From IMG/VR virus record IMGVR_UViG_3300025112_004324: DNA of 43,513 nucleotides, one strand, 5' to 3'. Each line of letters opens with the position of its first letter. Position 1 is the stretch's first letter. The notes under the pieces were generated by a model. That model made no database searches and had not been told where the DNA came from. It saw nothing but the letters and a program-made list of their open reading frames with translations. This DNA is from a virus. The translations under genes were made by a program, and so were the position numbers. Shown here piece by piece: positions 6,972-16,396 of the stretch.

Positions 6972-8939
6972 ATGGAAAAATTCAAGTTATCAGATAATTT
7001 CATAGATAAATACAAGCGAAAAAGACCCCCATTTGGATTTAACGGACTCGGAGAATTAGTTTATATGAGAACTTATTCTCGCATCAAGGAAGATGGAAAA
7101 AACGAGCAATGGTGGGAAACTGTTCAAAGGGTTGTAGAGGGCACTTACTCAATGCAAATGAATTGGATTGATTCTCATCAACTTGGTTGGAATCCTTGGC
7201 AAGCACAGCGGTCAGCTCAAGAAATGTATGATAAGATATTCAATATGAAGTTTTTACCACCCGGCCGAGGTCTTTGGGCAATGGGAACTCCACTTACAGA
7301 AGAAAAAGGTCTTTATGCAGCACTGAACAATTGTGCATTTGTATCCACATCTACTATTAAAGACGATTATGCAAAACCATTTTGTTTTTTGATGGACGCA
7401 TCAATGTTGGGGGTAGGAGTTGGGTTTGATACAAAAGGTGCAAATCAAATCCTAATTAAAGGCCCCAATAAAAATAGAAATTCAGAATTATATGTAATTC
7501 CAGACACTCGGGAGGGTTGGATAGAATCTTTAAGGTTATTGTTAGAGAGTTATTTTCATGGAACATCACCTATAAAGTTTAATTATAATAAAATAAGAAA
7601 AGAGGGAGAACCAATTAAAGGTTTTGGTGGTCTTTCAAGTGGCCACAAACCATTAGAAGAGTCACACACAGGTATAAGAAAGGTTCTTGATGAAAACGTT
7701 GGATCTCCAATTAGTTCTACGGTTATTGTTGATATTATGAATCTTGTAGGTAAATGTGTAGTTGCGGGCAATGTTCGTAGAACAGCAGAGATTGTATTTG
7801 GTGATCCAAGTGATGAAGAGTATCTAAATCTCAAAAACTATAAAAAGAATCCACATAGAGAACAATATGGTTGGACTTCTAATAATTCAGTATTTGCAGA
7901 ACTTGGAATGGATTATACAGAGTCTTGTAAAAGAATTACAGACAACGGTGAACCTGGGTTTGCATGGTTAGAAAATATGAGAAGTTATGGTAGAATGTGT
8001 GATGAACCAAATGGTTATGATACACGAGCAGCAGGTGGCAATCCGTGTTTAGAACAGACATTAGAGTCATATGAGTTATGTTGTCTTGTAGAAACATTTC
8101 CGTTTCGTCATGAAAATTTGGAAGAGTTTAAAAGAACACTTAAATATGCCTATTTGTATGCTAAGACAGTAACACTCGGAAAGACTCATTGGCCAGAAAC
8201 TAATCGTGTTATGTTAAGAAATCGTAGAATTGGTTGTAGTGTTAGTGGTATTGCACAATTTATAACTTACAAAGGAATAGATGAACTGAAAACGTGGTTA
8301 ATGGATGGATATAATGTAATTCAAGATTGGGACAAGGTTTATAGTGAGTGGTTCGCAACCCCCCGTTCTATTAAGACTACTTCCGTAAAACCAAGTGGTA
8401 CTGTTTCACTATTAGCAGGTGCTACTCCAGGACTACATTATCCAGAAAGTAGATTATATATTAGACGAATAAGATTATCAAAATACAGTCCTTTACTTAA
8501 ACCACTTGAGGCCTCTGGATATAAGATAGAACCAGCATTTGGTTCAGAGGATACTACGGTAGTGGTGGAAGTTCCAGTCGATGTTGGTAAAGGAATAAGA
8601 ACTTCTAAGGAATTATCAGTATGGGAACAATTTAGTTTGGCAGCTTTTATGCAAAAGTATTGGGCAGACAATCAAGTTAGTTGTACTGTTACTTTTGATC
8701 CAGAAACAGAGAAAAGAGACTTGTCTCATGTTTTGGATATTTATCAGTATCAATTAAAGGGGATTTCTCTATTACCGAGAAGGAATGGAGGGGCTTATGC
8801 ACAAATGCCATATGAAGAAGTGGACAAGAAAAAATATGACACGATGATGTCAAAACTTAAATATTTATCTTTTAGACAGATTAAGGGAAGTGAGGCAGTG
8901 GTTGAAAAATTTTGTAATAATGATGTATGTGAAATTTAG
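6972..8939 (+). CDS. nrdJ: Class II (adenosylcobalamin-dependent) ribonucleotide reductase, monomeric RTPR type
   Basis: FLPPGRGLW, ALNNC, active-site NPCLE, ELCCLVE, TSVKPSGTVS and C-terminal CxxxxC (CNNDVC); no beta subunit nearby. Confidence 0.9.
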   Translation: MEKFKLSDNFIDKYKRKRPPFGFNGLGELVYMRTYSRIKEDGKNEQWWETVQRVVEGTYSMQMNWIDSHQLGWNPWQAQRSAQEMYDKIFNMKFLPPGRGLWAMGTPLTEEKGLYAALNNCAFVSTSTIKDDYAKPFCFLMDASMLGVGVGFDTKGANQILIKGPNKNRNSELYVIPDTREGWIESLRLLLESYFHGTSPIKFNYNKIRKEGEPIKGFGGLSSGHKPLEESHTGIRKVLDENVGSPISSTVIVDIMNLVGKCVVAGNVRRTAEIVFGDPSDEEYLNLKNYKKNPHREQYGWTSNNSVFAELGMDYTESCKRITDNGEPGFAWLENMRSYGRMCDEPNGYDTRAAGGNPCLEQTLESYELCCLVETFPFRHENLEEFKRTLKYAYLYAKTVTLGKTHWPETNRVMLRNRRIGCSVSGIAQFITYKGIDELKTWLMDGYNVIQDWDKVYSEWFATPRSIKTTSVKPSGTVSLLAGATPGLHYPESRLYIRRIRLSKYSPLLKPLEASGYKIEPAFGSEDTTVVVEVPVDVGKGIRTSKELSVWEQFSLAAFMQKYWADNQVSCTVTFDPETEKRDLSHVLDIYQYQLKGISLLPRRNGGAYAQMPYEEVDKKKYDTMMSKLKYLSFRQIKGSEAVVEKFCNNDVCEI

Positions 8940-8954
8940 AAATATCGTGGGAAA

Positions 8955-8990
8955 AACAGGCAGTTGACGCACCTGTTGAAAAATGCGTCA
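8955..8990 (+). promoter_or_regulatory. H-type RNA pseudoknot in the 5' leader of the TonB-dependent receptor gene
   Basis: Stem 1 AACAGG(8955-60)/CCTGTT(8972-77); stem 2 TGACGCA(8965-71)/TGCGTCA(8984-90); loop 1 CAGT; loop 3 GAAAAA. All 13 pairs are Watson-Crick. Confidence 0.6.
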
Positions 8991-9018
8991 TTTCAATAAA
9001 ACAATGAAGGAGACGATT

Positions 9019-11811
9019 ATGAAGAATCGTAACTTAATTTCTACATTGGCGGTGTTTTTTATGCCGATTGTTCTTTGGGGACAATCAGTTGCGGGAACAG
9101 TTACCGATGCAGAAACGAGTAAACCCCTAGTTGGAGCTAATGTTGTAGTAGAAGGAACTGATTTGGGTGCCGCTGCAGACGCAGATGGTGCTTATTCTAT
9201 CAAGGTAGATGCAGGTTCTTATACACTTACAGCTTCTTCAATTGGATATGCATCTCTTTCAGTAGAGGTTGATGTAGCGGAGGGGAAAGCGGTAAGTGCC
9301 GTAGACTTCTCCCTTTCAGTATCTGCATTAGAGATGTCTGCACTTGAGGTTTTGGCTTCGAGGGCAGATGAAAAAACACCTGTTGCTTATACTACGGTAG
9401 GAAAGGAAGAGATTGAATTTCGTCTTGGTTCACAAGACTTACCAATGTCTCTTAATCTTACTCCGAGTGTATATGCAACTCAACAGGGTGGTGGAGCAGG
9501 AGATGCACGTATCAATGTTCGTGGGTTTAACCAACGGAATATTGCGGTAATGATTAACGGAGTTCCACAGAATGATATGGAAAATGGTTGGGTCTATTGG
9601 TCTAACTGGGATGGTGTAGCAGATGTTGCACAATCCATCCAGATGCAACGTGGATTAAGTGCTGTTAATTTAGCTGCACCTTCTATTGGTGGAACTATGA
9701 ACATCATAACAGATCCTGCTGCTCTTGAAAAGGGTGGTAAATACAAACAGGAAGTTGGAGCAGGTGGATTCCTGAAATCAACTTTCAATTACAACACTGG
9801 GTTGGTAGCGGACAAGTTCGCTTTCAGTTTTACTGGTGTTAGAAAGACAGGTGATGGTGTCATAGACAAGACGTGGACAGATGCTTGGGCATATTACTTT
9901 GGTGCAAGTTACGCACTGAATGAAAAGAACCGATTCGAATTATATGCAGTCGGTGCACCACAACGTCATGGTCAGAATCTATACAAACAGAATCTTGGCG
10001 CATACGATGCCGAGTTTGCTGAAAGTGTAGAAGGATATGACGCTACAGCTCTTGGTGAAGATGGTCAGTTCAAAGATGTTGGACGAACATTTAACCAGAA
10101 CTGGTCACCAATTGACCCGTCTTATGAGGGTAAACAATATTGGTATATGTATGGAGCCAATACAGTTGCTAGACACGATCCTAACTATCTAAATGAAAGA
10201 GAGAACTTCTTTCACAAACCATTGGTTAACCTTAACCATTTCTTAACTATCAATGACAAAACAAGACTGAGTTCAGTCTTTTATTGGAGTGGTGGTTCAG
10301 GAGGTGGAACTGGTACTTATGGTAGGATTCCTACCTTAGATGCTGATGGTAACTTAGGTGATGATGATTATAAGTTCTATTATGGTCGTGGTCCCTGGAC
10401 TCGTGATTGGAATGCTCTTGTTGCTATGAACTCTGGCACAGATTCAGTAGTATATGTTGATAAGAGAGCTATTAGTAGAGAATCTGGTCAATCAGTAGGT
10501 ATTTTGAGGAACAGTATTAATCGTCAAAATACGATTGGTGTTATTTCTAAACTCAACTTAGATTTAAGTGATGCACTTAAATTACAGGCGGGTATAGATT
10601 GGCGTACTGCAGGTATAGAACATGCACGTGAAGTTCGTGATTTACTTGGTGGTGATTTCTATGTGGATTTTGCTGATGATAATGCACCTGATGGTAAAAA
10701 TGTTGAGTTAGGTGATATTATTGCTTATCACAATGAAACTACAGTTGATTGGTTAGGTGGATTCTTACAAGGATCATATTCCTCAGGTCCACTTTCAGCA
10801 TATGGTATGGGTGGAGTATCGAGCATTGCTTATACTTACCAAGACCATTTCACTGTTGCAGATGAAGTTATAGATCACGGTGATCCTATTATTACTACTC
10901 AGTTCAAAGGTGGAGCAATGTATGATGTTGCAGATAACGTTAGTGTTTTCGGTAACTTCGGTATTGTGGAAAAACCACCTATTATGGATAACGTGATTTA
11001 CTTTGATGGAACAGTTGCTTCAGACCCGGCAAATGAACAGTTTGTCAGTTCAGAAGCTGGAGTGAATTACAGTGCTAGAAATCTGGCAGTTAAAGTCAGT
11101 GCATACAATACAGATTGGAAAGATAGAAACCTTACCAAAGCTGTAACGAGTGGACAAGGTAGTTCAGGTGATACTGATGTTATCTTCTTATCTGGTATAA
11201 ACCAGAATCATAAAGGTGTTGAAGTAGAGGCATCTACTAATGTTACCAATATGGTTCGTTTGGATGCCGCAGTAAGTCTTGGAAACTGGACTTTTGTTGG
11301 TGATGCAGATGGTAATTATCAGGAAGATGAGTATAATGAACAAGGTCAGGTTGTTGGACAGACAACCACTCCATATTCTTACGCACTTGATGGTTTGTTT
11401 GTAGGTGATATGCCTCAGACAGCTTATGTTGTAGGTGTTACAGTAACACCAATAAAAGGACTTAGATTGCAATCTTCGTTCAATGTGTATGATGACAATT
11501 ATGCAGATTGGAGTCCTAATGCAAGAGAGTATGATGGTTCAGACGCAGACGCTGATAGAGAACAAGTATGGCAGGCACCTGGATTTTCTAGGATGGACTT
11601 ACATGCTACATACGATTTGCCAAAAATCGGTGGGTTGAATCTACAGGCATTTGCTCATATGTTTAACGCATTAGATGCTGTATATGTGCAGGATGCAGTA
11701 GATCACAGTCAATACAATAGTTACGGAGATAAAACTCACGCAGCTCATAACGCAGAAGTATTTCTTGGAATACCAAGATACTTTAATGCAGGTATTACTG
11801 TAAATTTCTAA
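9019..11811 (+). CDS. TonB-dependent outer-membrane receptor with N-terminal carboxypeptidase-regulatory-like domain
   Basis: Signal peptide MKNRNLISTLAVFFMPIVLWGQ; GTVTDAETSKPLVGANVVVEGT domain; plug motif INVRGFNQRNIAVMINGVPQND; beta-strand-rich barrel; terminal Phe (GITVNF). RBS AAGGAG favours ATG 9019. Confidence 0.9.
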   Translation: MKNRNLISTLAVFFMPIVLWGQSVAGTVTDAETSKPLVGANVVVEGTDLGAAADADGAYSIKVDAGSYTLTASSIGYASLSVEVDVAEGKAVSAVDFSLSVSALEMSALEVLASRADEKTPVAYTTVGKEEIEFRLGSQDLPMSLNLTPSVYATQQGGGAGDARINVRGFNQRNIAVMINGVPQNDMENGWVYWSNWDGVADVAQSIQMQRGLSAVNLAAPSIGGTMNIITDPAALEKGGKYKQEVGAGGFLKSTFNYNTGLVADKFAFSFTGVRKTGDGVIDKTWTDAWAYYFGASYALNEKNRFELYAVGAPQRHGQNLYKQNLGAYDAEFAESVEGYDATALGEDGQFKDVGRTFNQNWSPIDPSYEGKQYWYMYGANTVARHDPNYLNERENFFHKPLVNLNHFLTINDKTRLSSVFYWSGGSGGGTGTYGRIPTLDADGNLGDDDYKFYYGRGPWTRDWNALVAMNSGTDSVVYVDKRAISRESGQSVGILRNSINRQNTIGVISKLNLDLSDALKLQAGIDWRTAGIEHAREVRDLLGGDFYVDFADDNAPDGKNVELGDIIAYHNETTVDWLGGFLQGSYSSGPLSAYGMGGVSSIAYTYQDHFTVADEVIDHGDPIITTQFKGGAMYDVADNVSVFGNFGIVEKPPIMDNVIYFDGTVASDPANEQFVSSEAGVNYSARNLAVKVSAYNTDWKDRNLTKAVTSGQGSSGDTDVIFLSGINQNHKGVEVEASTNVTNMVRLDAAVSLGNWTFVGDADGNYQEDEYNEQGQVVGQTTTPYSYALDGLFVGDMPQTAYVVGVTVTPIKGLRLQSSFNVYDDNYADWSPNAREYDGSDADADREQVWQAPGFSRMDLHATYDLPKIGGLNLQAFAHMFNALDAVYVQDAVDHSQYNSYGDKTHAAHNAEVFLGIPRYFNAGITVNF

Positions 11812-11822
11812 CAAGCAAAAAG

Positions 11823-11874
11823 AAATGAAATGTAACAGGGGAAGTAGAAATATTTCCCCTGTGTTTCATTTTTT
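11823..11874 (+). terminator. Intrinsic terminator after the receptor gene (possibly bidirectional)
   Basis: ACAGGGGAAGTA-GAAA-TATTTCCCCTGT 12-bp stem with GNRA loop, extended by AAATGAAA/TTTCATTT and followed by a T run. Confidence 0.8.
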
Positions 11875-11894
11875 AATCTATATTTAGGTTATAG

Positions 11895-14408
11895 ATGTAT
11901 CAGAATATTTATTTCGATAATTTCAGAAAAAAAATACATATTTGGGATGATAAAAAAGGCTATCTTGTTTTGCCACACAAGAGGTATGCTTATGTGAAAA
12001 ATTCAAATGGAAGATATGTTTCATTATATGGTGATAGATTAAATAAAGTTTATAAGTGGGATAATGACCAGCCAGGACTTCACGAGAGTGATGTTAATGC
12101 AGAGATAAGGGCGTTAGTAGATATATATACAGATTCGGATGAAGTTTCAGAAGGACATAGAGTTGCTTTTATAGATATAGAAGTTGAAGTTACAGAGGGG
12201 TTTCCAAATGTTAGTAAGGCGGAAAACAAGATTACTTCAATAGCATTTTATGATAAAATTATGGATGAATATAGTTGTTTTGTATTAGATCCAGACAATA
12301 AATTAAATATAGATGTTCAAGAAAATAGAATTATAGAAACATTTAAAACTGAAGAAGAATTATTATCTGGGTTTTTTAGAAAATACCTTGAAGTATCTCC
12401 TACAATTCTTTCTGGATGGAATATAGATTTTTTTGATATTCCATATCTTTATAATAGAGCAATTCAAGTTCTTGGAAATGAATTTGCAAATTTATTATCT
12501 CCTATAAGAGAGGTACATTGGAGTAAGTATAAAAATAGATATTTGATAGCAGGAGTATCGTGTCTTGATTATTTAAGTCTTTATAAGAAGTTTACATTTG
12601 GAGGAAAACCTTCCTATAGATTAGATGATATAGGTGAGAACGAAGTTGGTGTAAAGAAAATTCCATATTCTGGAACATTAAATGATTTATATGAAAATGA
12701 TTTAAAGAAGTTTGTTGAATATAATATTAATGATGTTGAAATTATTAAGAAGTTAGATGATAAGTTAGATTTTATAGAAATTTGTAGAGGTATATGTCAT
12801 ATGGGGCACTGTCCGTATGAAGACATTTATCATAGTAGTCGATATTTGGAAGGGGCGATTTTAACTTATCTTAAAAGATTGGATATCGTAGCACCAAATA
12901 AAGATCCAAAGGGCAGAGAAAAAATGGATACAGGGGTTAAGTTTGTTGGTGCTTATGTACAAGAGCCACAGAAAGGAAAACACGATTGGATTTATGATTT
13001 AGATGTTACTTCAATGTATCCATCTACAATTATGAGTTTGAATATATCTCCAGAAACTAAAATTGGTAAAGTGAAAGGGTGGAATGCTAAACAATTTATT
13101 AGGGGTGAGAAAAAAACATATACAGCACATACTAAAGATGGTAAATTAAAAGGAAGTACAAGTGAATCTAAATTAAAAAAATATTTAGATGACAATAAGA
13201 TTTCAATTTCTACGAATGGAATTCTTTACAGAACAGACAAGAGAGGATTGATACCAGCATTATTAGAAACTTGGTTTGATCAGAGAGTGGAATATCGAAA
13301 ATTAATGAAAAAATTTGCAGAAAAAGAAGATAATGAAAAGTATTTATATTTTAATCGGAGACAACACTTACAAAAGATTTTATTAAATTCTATGTATGGA
13401 GTATTGGGATTGCCCGTTTTTAGGTTTTACGATTTAGATAATGCAGCTGCTACAACTGAAACCGGCCAATCTCTTATTAAATACAGTAAGGAAATTGTGA
13501 ATTTCTATTACAATAAAGAACTTGGAACATCTAAGGACTATGTAATTTATATAGATACTGATAGTATTTTTGCTCCAGCATTACCATTAATAGAAAAAAA
13601 ATATCCAACTGTCGGTATTAAAAGTGATGTTATGATTTCAGAGAAAATTTTAGATGTTGCAGAAAATGTTCAGGAGTTTATAAATGATTCTTACAATCAT
13701 TTCGCCAAAAACTTTTGTAATTTGGACACACACAGATTTCAAATTAAACAAGAGGTCATAGCTAAGAGTGGATTGTTTGTTACTAAGAAACGATATGGGA
13801 TGAGAATAATAAATGATAATGGAGTTAAAGTAAATAAAATTCTTGTAAAGGGATTGGATACAGTTAGGAGTAATTTTCCACCCGCTCTTAGAAAATTATT
13901 ATCTGATGTTTTAGAAGATATTTTGGCAGATGTACCGAAAGATAAAATAGATGATAGAATTATTAATTTTAAGAAAAGTATGAAATTAATGAATATAGAT
14001 AAGATAGCAACTCCAACTGGTGTAAAAGGACTTAGGAAGTATGCTAGAAAAGGAGAAGAAAACGGATCTATTCTCACAATCTTTAAGAAAGGAGCTCCAG
14101 TTCACGTCAAAGCAGCAGTCAGATATAATGATTTGTTAAAACATTACAAAAGAGATGATAAATATATGTTCATAAATAACGGAGATAAAATTCGGTGGTC
14201 ATATATGAAGAATAATGAACTTGGAATTGAAGTGGTTGCTTATAGGGGGCATGAAGATCCACCAGAAATTATAAAGTTCATCAAAGAAAATATAGATTAT
14301 AATAAAATTTATAAACAATCGTTAAAGAAAAAAATTGATATGTTCTATAAAAGTTTGAAATGGGGCGACCCAGTAGATAAACAGCAAACAATAGAAAGAT
14401 TTTTTTGA
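11895..14408 (+). CDS. Family B DNA polymerase (T4 gp43-like)
   Basis: Exonuclease motifs DIE, GWNIDFFDIPYL and YNINDV; polymerase motifs DLDVTSMYP, KILLNSMYG, YIDTDS and KKRY. Confidence 0.96.
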   Translation: MYQNIYFDNFRKKIHIWDDKKGYLVLPHKRYAYVKNSNGRYVSLYGDRLNKVYKWDNDQPGLHESDVNAEIRALVDIYTDSDEVSEGHRVAFIDIEVEVTEGFPNVSKAENKITSIAFYDKIMDEYSCFVLDPDNKLNIDVQENRIIETFKTEEELLSGFFRKYLEVSPTILSGWNIDFFDIPYLYNRAIQVLGNEFANLLSPIREVHWSKYKNRYLIAGVSCLDYLSLYKKFTFGGKPSYRLDDIGENEVGVKKIPYSGTLNDLYENDLKKFVEYNINDVEIIKKLDDKLDFIEICRGICHMGHCPYEDIYHSSRYLEGAILTYLKRLDIVAPNKDPKGREKMDTGVKFVGAYVQEPQKGKHDWIYDLDVTSMYPSTIMSLNISPETKIGKVKGWNAKQFIRGEKKTYTAHTKDGKLKGSTSESKLKKYLDDNKISISTNGILYRTDKRGLIPALLETWFDQRVEYRKLMKKFAEKEDNEKYLYFNRRQHLQKILLNSMYGVLGLPVFRFYDLDNAAATTETGQSLIKYSKEIVNFYYNKELGTSKDYVIYIDTDSIFAPALPLIEKKYPTVGIKSDVMISEKILDVAENVQEFINDSYNHFAKNFCNLDTHRFQIKQEVIAKSGLFVTKKRYGMRIINDNGVKVNKILVKGLDTVRSNFPPALRKLLSDVLEDILADVPKDKIDDRIINFKKSMKLMNIDKIATPTGVKGLRKYARKGEENGSILTIFKKGAPVHVKAAVRYNDLLKHYKRDDKYMFINNGDKIRWSYMKNNELGIEVVAYRGHEDPPEIIKFIKENIDYNKIYKQSLKKKIDMFYKSLKWGDPVDKQQTIERFF

Positions 14409-14442
14409 TTTTAGAAACCCCAACCAATATATATGTATATAT
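14405..14442 (+). promoter_or_regulatory. Putative promoter/operator containing the quasi-palindrome ATATATATGTATATAT
   Basis: TTGATT-N17-TATATA; the 16-mer at 14427-14442 recurs identically at 22350-22365. Confidence 0.5.
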
Positions 14443-14465
14443 GGTTATAATTAAGGAGAATGGTT

Positions 14466-15185
14466 ATGGATAAAAATACATTTACAAGATTCATTGACAA
14501 ATATCATTTGAGTGGAAATGTAAATTCAGTTGTATTGGAAATTAGTGATAATACATTGTCGACCAGATTTATAACAGGAGATAAATCTTTACTCGGCGAA
14601 TTAACTTTGGAAAATTGGAATTTTGGTAACAGCGAATTTGGAGTATACAATACAGATCAATTGGTTAGGTTACTGGGAGTTCTCTCAGATAATATTACAT
14701 TAGAACATAAAGAATCTGGAGATAAGGTAGTATCTTTAAAGGTGTCTGATGACAATGCTTCAGTTAATTTTATGTTATCTGATTTGTCTGTTATAAACAG
14801 ACCACCCGATCTTAAAAAATTGCCTGAGTTTCAAGTTCAAATTAAAGTGGATTCAACTTTTATAAACAAGTTTATTGCAGGAAAGAATGCATTACCAGAC
14901 ACAGATTATTTTGCTGTTCTTACAGATGATGTTGGTGTAAAACTTGTGATTGGATATGCCGAAATTAATACAAATCATGTTACACTACCGGTTTCAACAG
15001 AGACTTATGATGTAATAGATACGATATTTTTTAATGCAGACCTTTTTAGAGAAGTTCTTTCAGCTAATAAGGAATGTGAGAGTGCAACTTTTGAAGTTAG
15101 TGACCAGGGACTATCTCGAATAAATTTCAAAGTCGATGATTATGATGTAACTTATTATTTGGTGGCGATTCAGGATCCAGTTTAA
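14466..15185 (+). CDS. Sliding clamp (T4 gp45-like)
   Basis: About 240 aa, two similar alpha/beta halves, located between the polymerase and the clamp loader. AAGGAG spacing favours ATG 14466. Confidence 0.75.
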   Translation: MDKNTFTRFIDKYHLSGNVNSVVLEISDNTLSTRFITGDKSLLGELTLENWNFGNSEFGVYNTDQLVRLLGVLSDNITLEHKESGDKVVSLKVSDDNASVNFMLSDLSVINRPPDLKKLPEFQVQIKVDSTFINKFIAGKNALPDTDYFAVLTDDVGVKLVIGYAEINTNHVTLPVSTETYDVIDTIFFNADLFREVLSANKECESATFEVSDQGLSRINFKVDDYDVTYYLVAIQDPV

Positions 15186-16396
15186 TGTATTTAACATATT
15201 TCGATAAATTTAGAAATATGGAGCCTTACATTTATATTGATGAAGAAGAGTGGAATTATATAAAAAAGAATTTCGAGAGACACGACATACAAGATTCACT
15301 TGTAGAAATTTTGGCTGACTATGAACCACCGTATCAAGTAATATCTAAAAAACAGGCTTACAATGATTTCATGAAATTGAAAGCAACTCATTGGTATGAT
15401 GTTACAATTGAAAGTGAGTGGTTTGCTAGGTCTGATTATAAATGGCCTCTTGGTAATAAGATAGTTAGGCGAATCAACACTGGAAATAGTGCGAGTAATT
15501 ATTTTCAACAAGAAAATAGATGGTCTGTTGATGGTACAATTTCACCAGGACCTCTTAGAACTTGGAACAATCCGAAGTTTATGTATACATTGTTAGGTTC
15601 ACTCTTTACATTGGAAGTAGAAAGAGTAAGTAGAGGAACTTTAAGGTCTTGTATTGCACTTCGTAAGTATATTTGTTCTCAATTCAAACCAAATGTTGCC
15701 AAGGCAATTTATGATTTTTATGAAGCAAGAAATATTCTTGATTTTAGTATGGGTTGGGGAGATAGGTTGGCTGGATTTTACGCATCTAATACTGGGAAGT
15801 ATTATCTTGGTATTGACCCGAGAGAAGAGAACCATCCTATATACGAAGAACAGGCCGAGTTTTACAATAAACATTTAGGATTTTTTGAAGAACCTAAAAA
15901 GTCAGATTTTATGTGTGAACCAGCAGAGGATGTAGATTTGAGTAAATATGAAAGTTTCTTTGATTTAGTATTCACAAGTCCACCATATTTTAATGTTGAG
16001 AGATACAGTTATGATAAAACTCAGAGTTGGGTTAGGTATAAAGATATAGAAAGTTGGAATGAATTGTTTTTACATAAAGCATTAAAAAATATTTGGAAAA
16101 CTTTGAAGCCAGGTGGATATTTATTAGTCAATATCAGTGATGTAAATGCAGCCAGTAAAGGTAGAAAAAAAGGATGGTTGTCTATTTGTGATCCAATGAA
16201 TGATTTTTTAGATACATTTCCTGACAGTCAATATGACGATTGTATAGGTTATGAGATGGCAAAAAGACCCAATTGTATTGGAGTTGGGACTGCAAAAGTA
16301 ACAGAAGTAGCCAATAGAAAACCCGAATATATATTGCCTGATAGAGCGGGGTTATTTGGAGAACCAACGTGGATTTGGAGAAAGAGGAATGACTGA
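15185..16396 (+). CDS. Putative amino-(N4C/N6A) DNA methyltransferase
   Basis: Motif I LDFSMGWGD; YLGID; motif IV FTSPPYF; LKPGGYLLVN. The target is not demonstrable from sequence. Confidence 0.7.
   Translation: MYLTYFDKFRNMEPYIYIDEEEWNYIKKNFERHDIQDSLVEILADYEPPYQVISKKQAYNDFMKLKATHWYDVTIESEWFARSDYKWPLGNKIVRRINTGNSASNYFQQENRWSVDGTISPGPLRTWNNPKFMYTLLGSLFTLEVERVSRGTLRSCIALRKYICSQFKPNVAKAIYDFYEARNILDFSMGWGDRLAGFYASNTGKYYLGIDPREENHPIYEEQAEFYNKHLGFFEEPKKSDFMCEPAEDVDLSKYESFFDLVFTSPPYFNVERYSYDKTQSWVRYKDIESWNELFLHKALKNIWKTLKPGGYLLVNISDVNAASKGRKKGWLSICDPMNDFLDTFPDSQYDDCIGYEMAKRPNCIGVGTAKVTEVANRKPEYILPDRAGLFGEPTWIWRKRND

Noticed and set aside
8937-8998. Stop readthrough or -1 frameshift fusing nrdJ to the receptor (TAG, GGGAAAA heptamer, pseudoknot)
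   Set aside because: The heptamer abuts the pseudoknot with no spacer and lies after the stop. Readthrough meets TAA at 8996, and the receptor is in the +1 frame, not -1.
6887-9018. Cobalamin riboswitch upstream of nrdJ or the receptor
   Set aside because: Both leaders are too short (about 80 nt) and lack a B12-box-like sequence.
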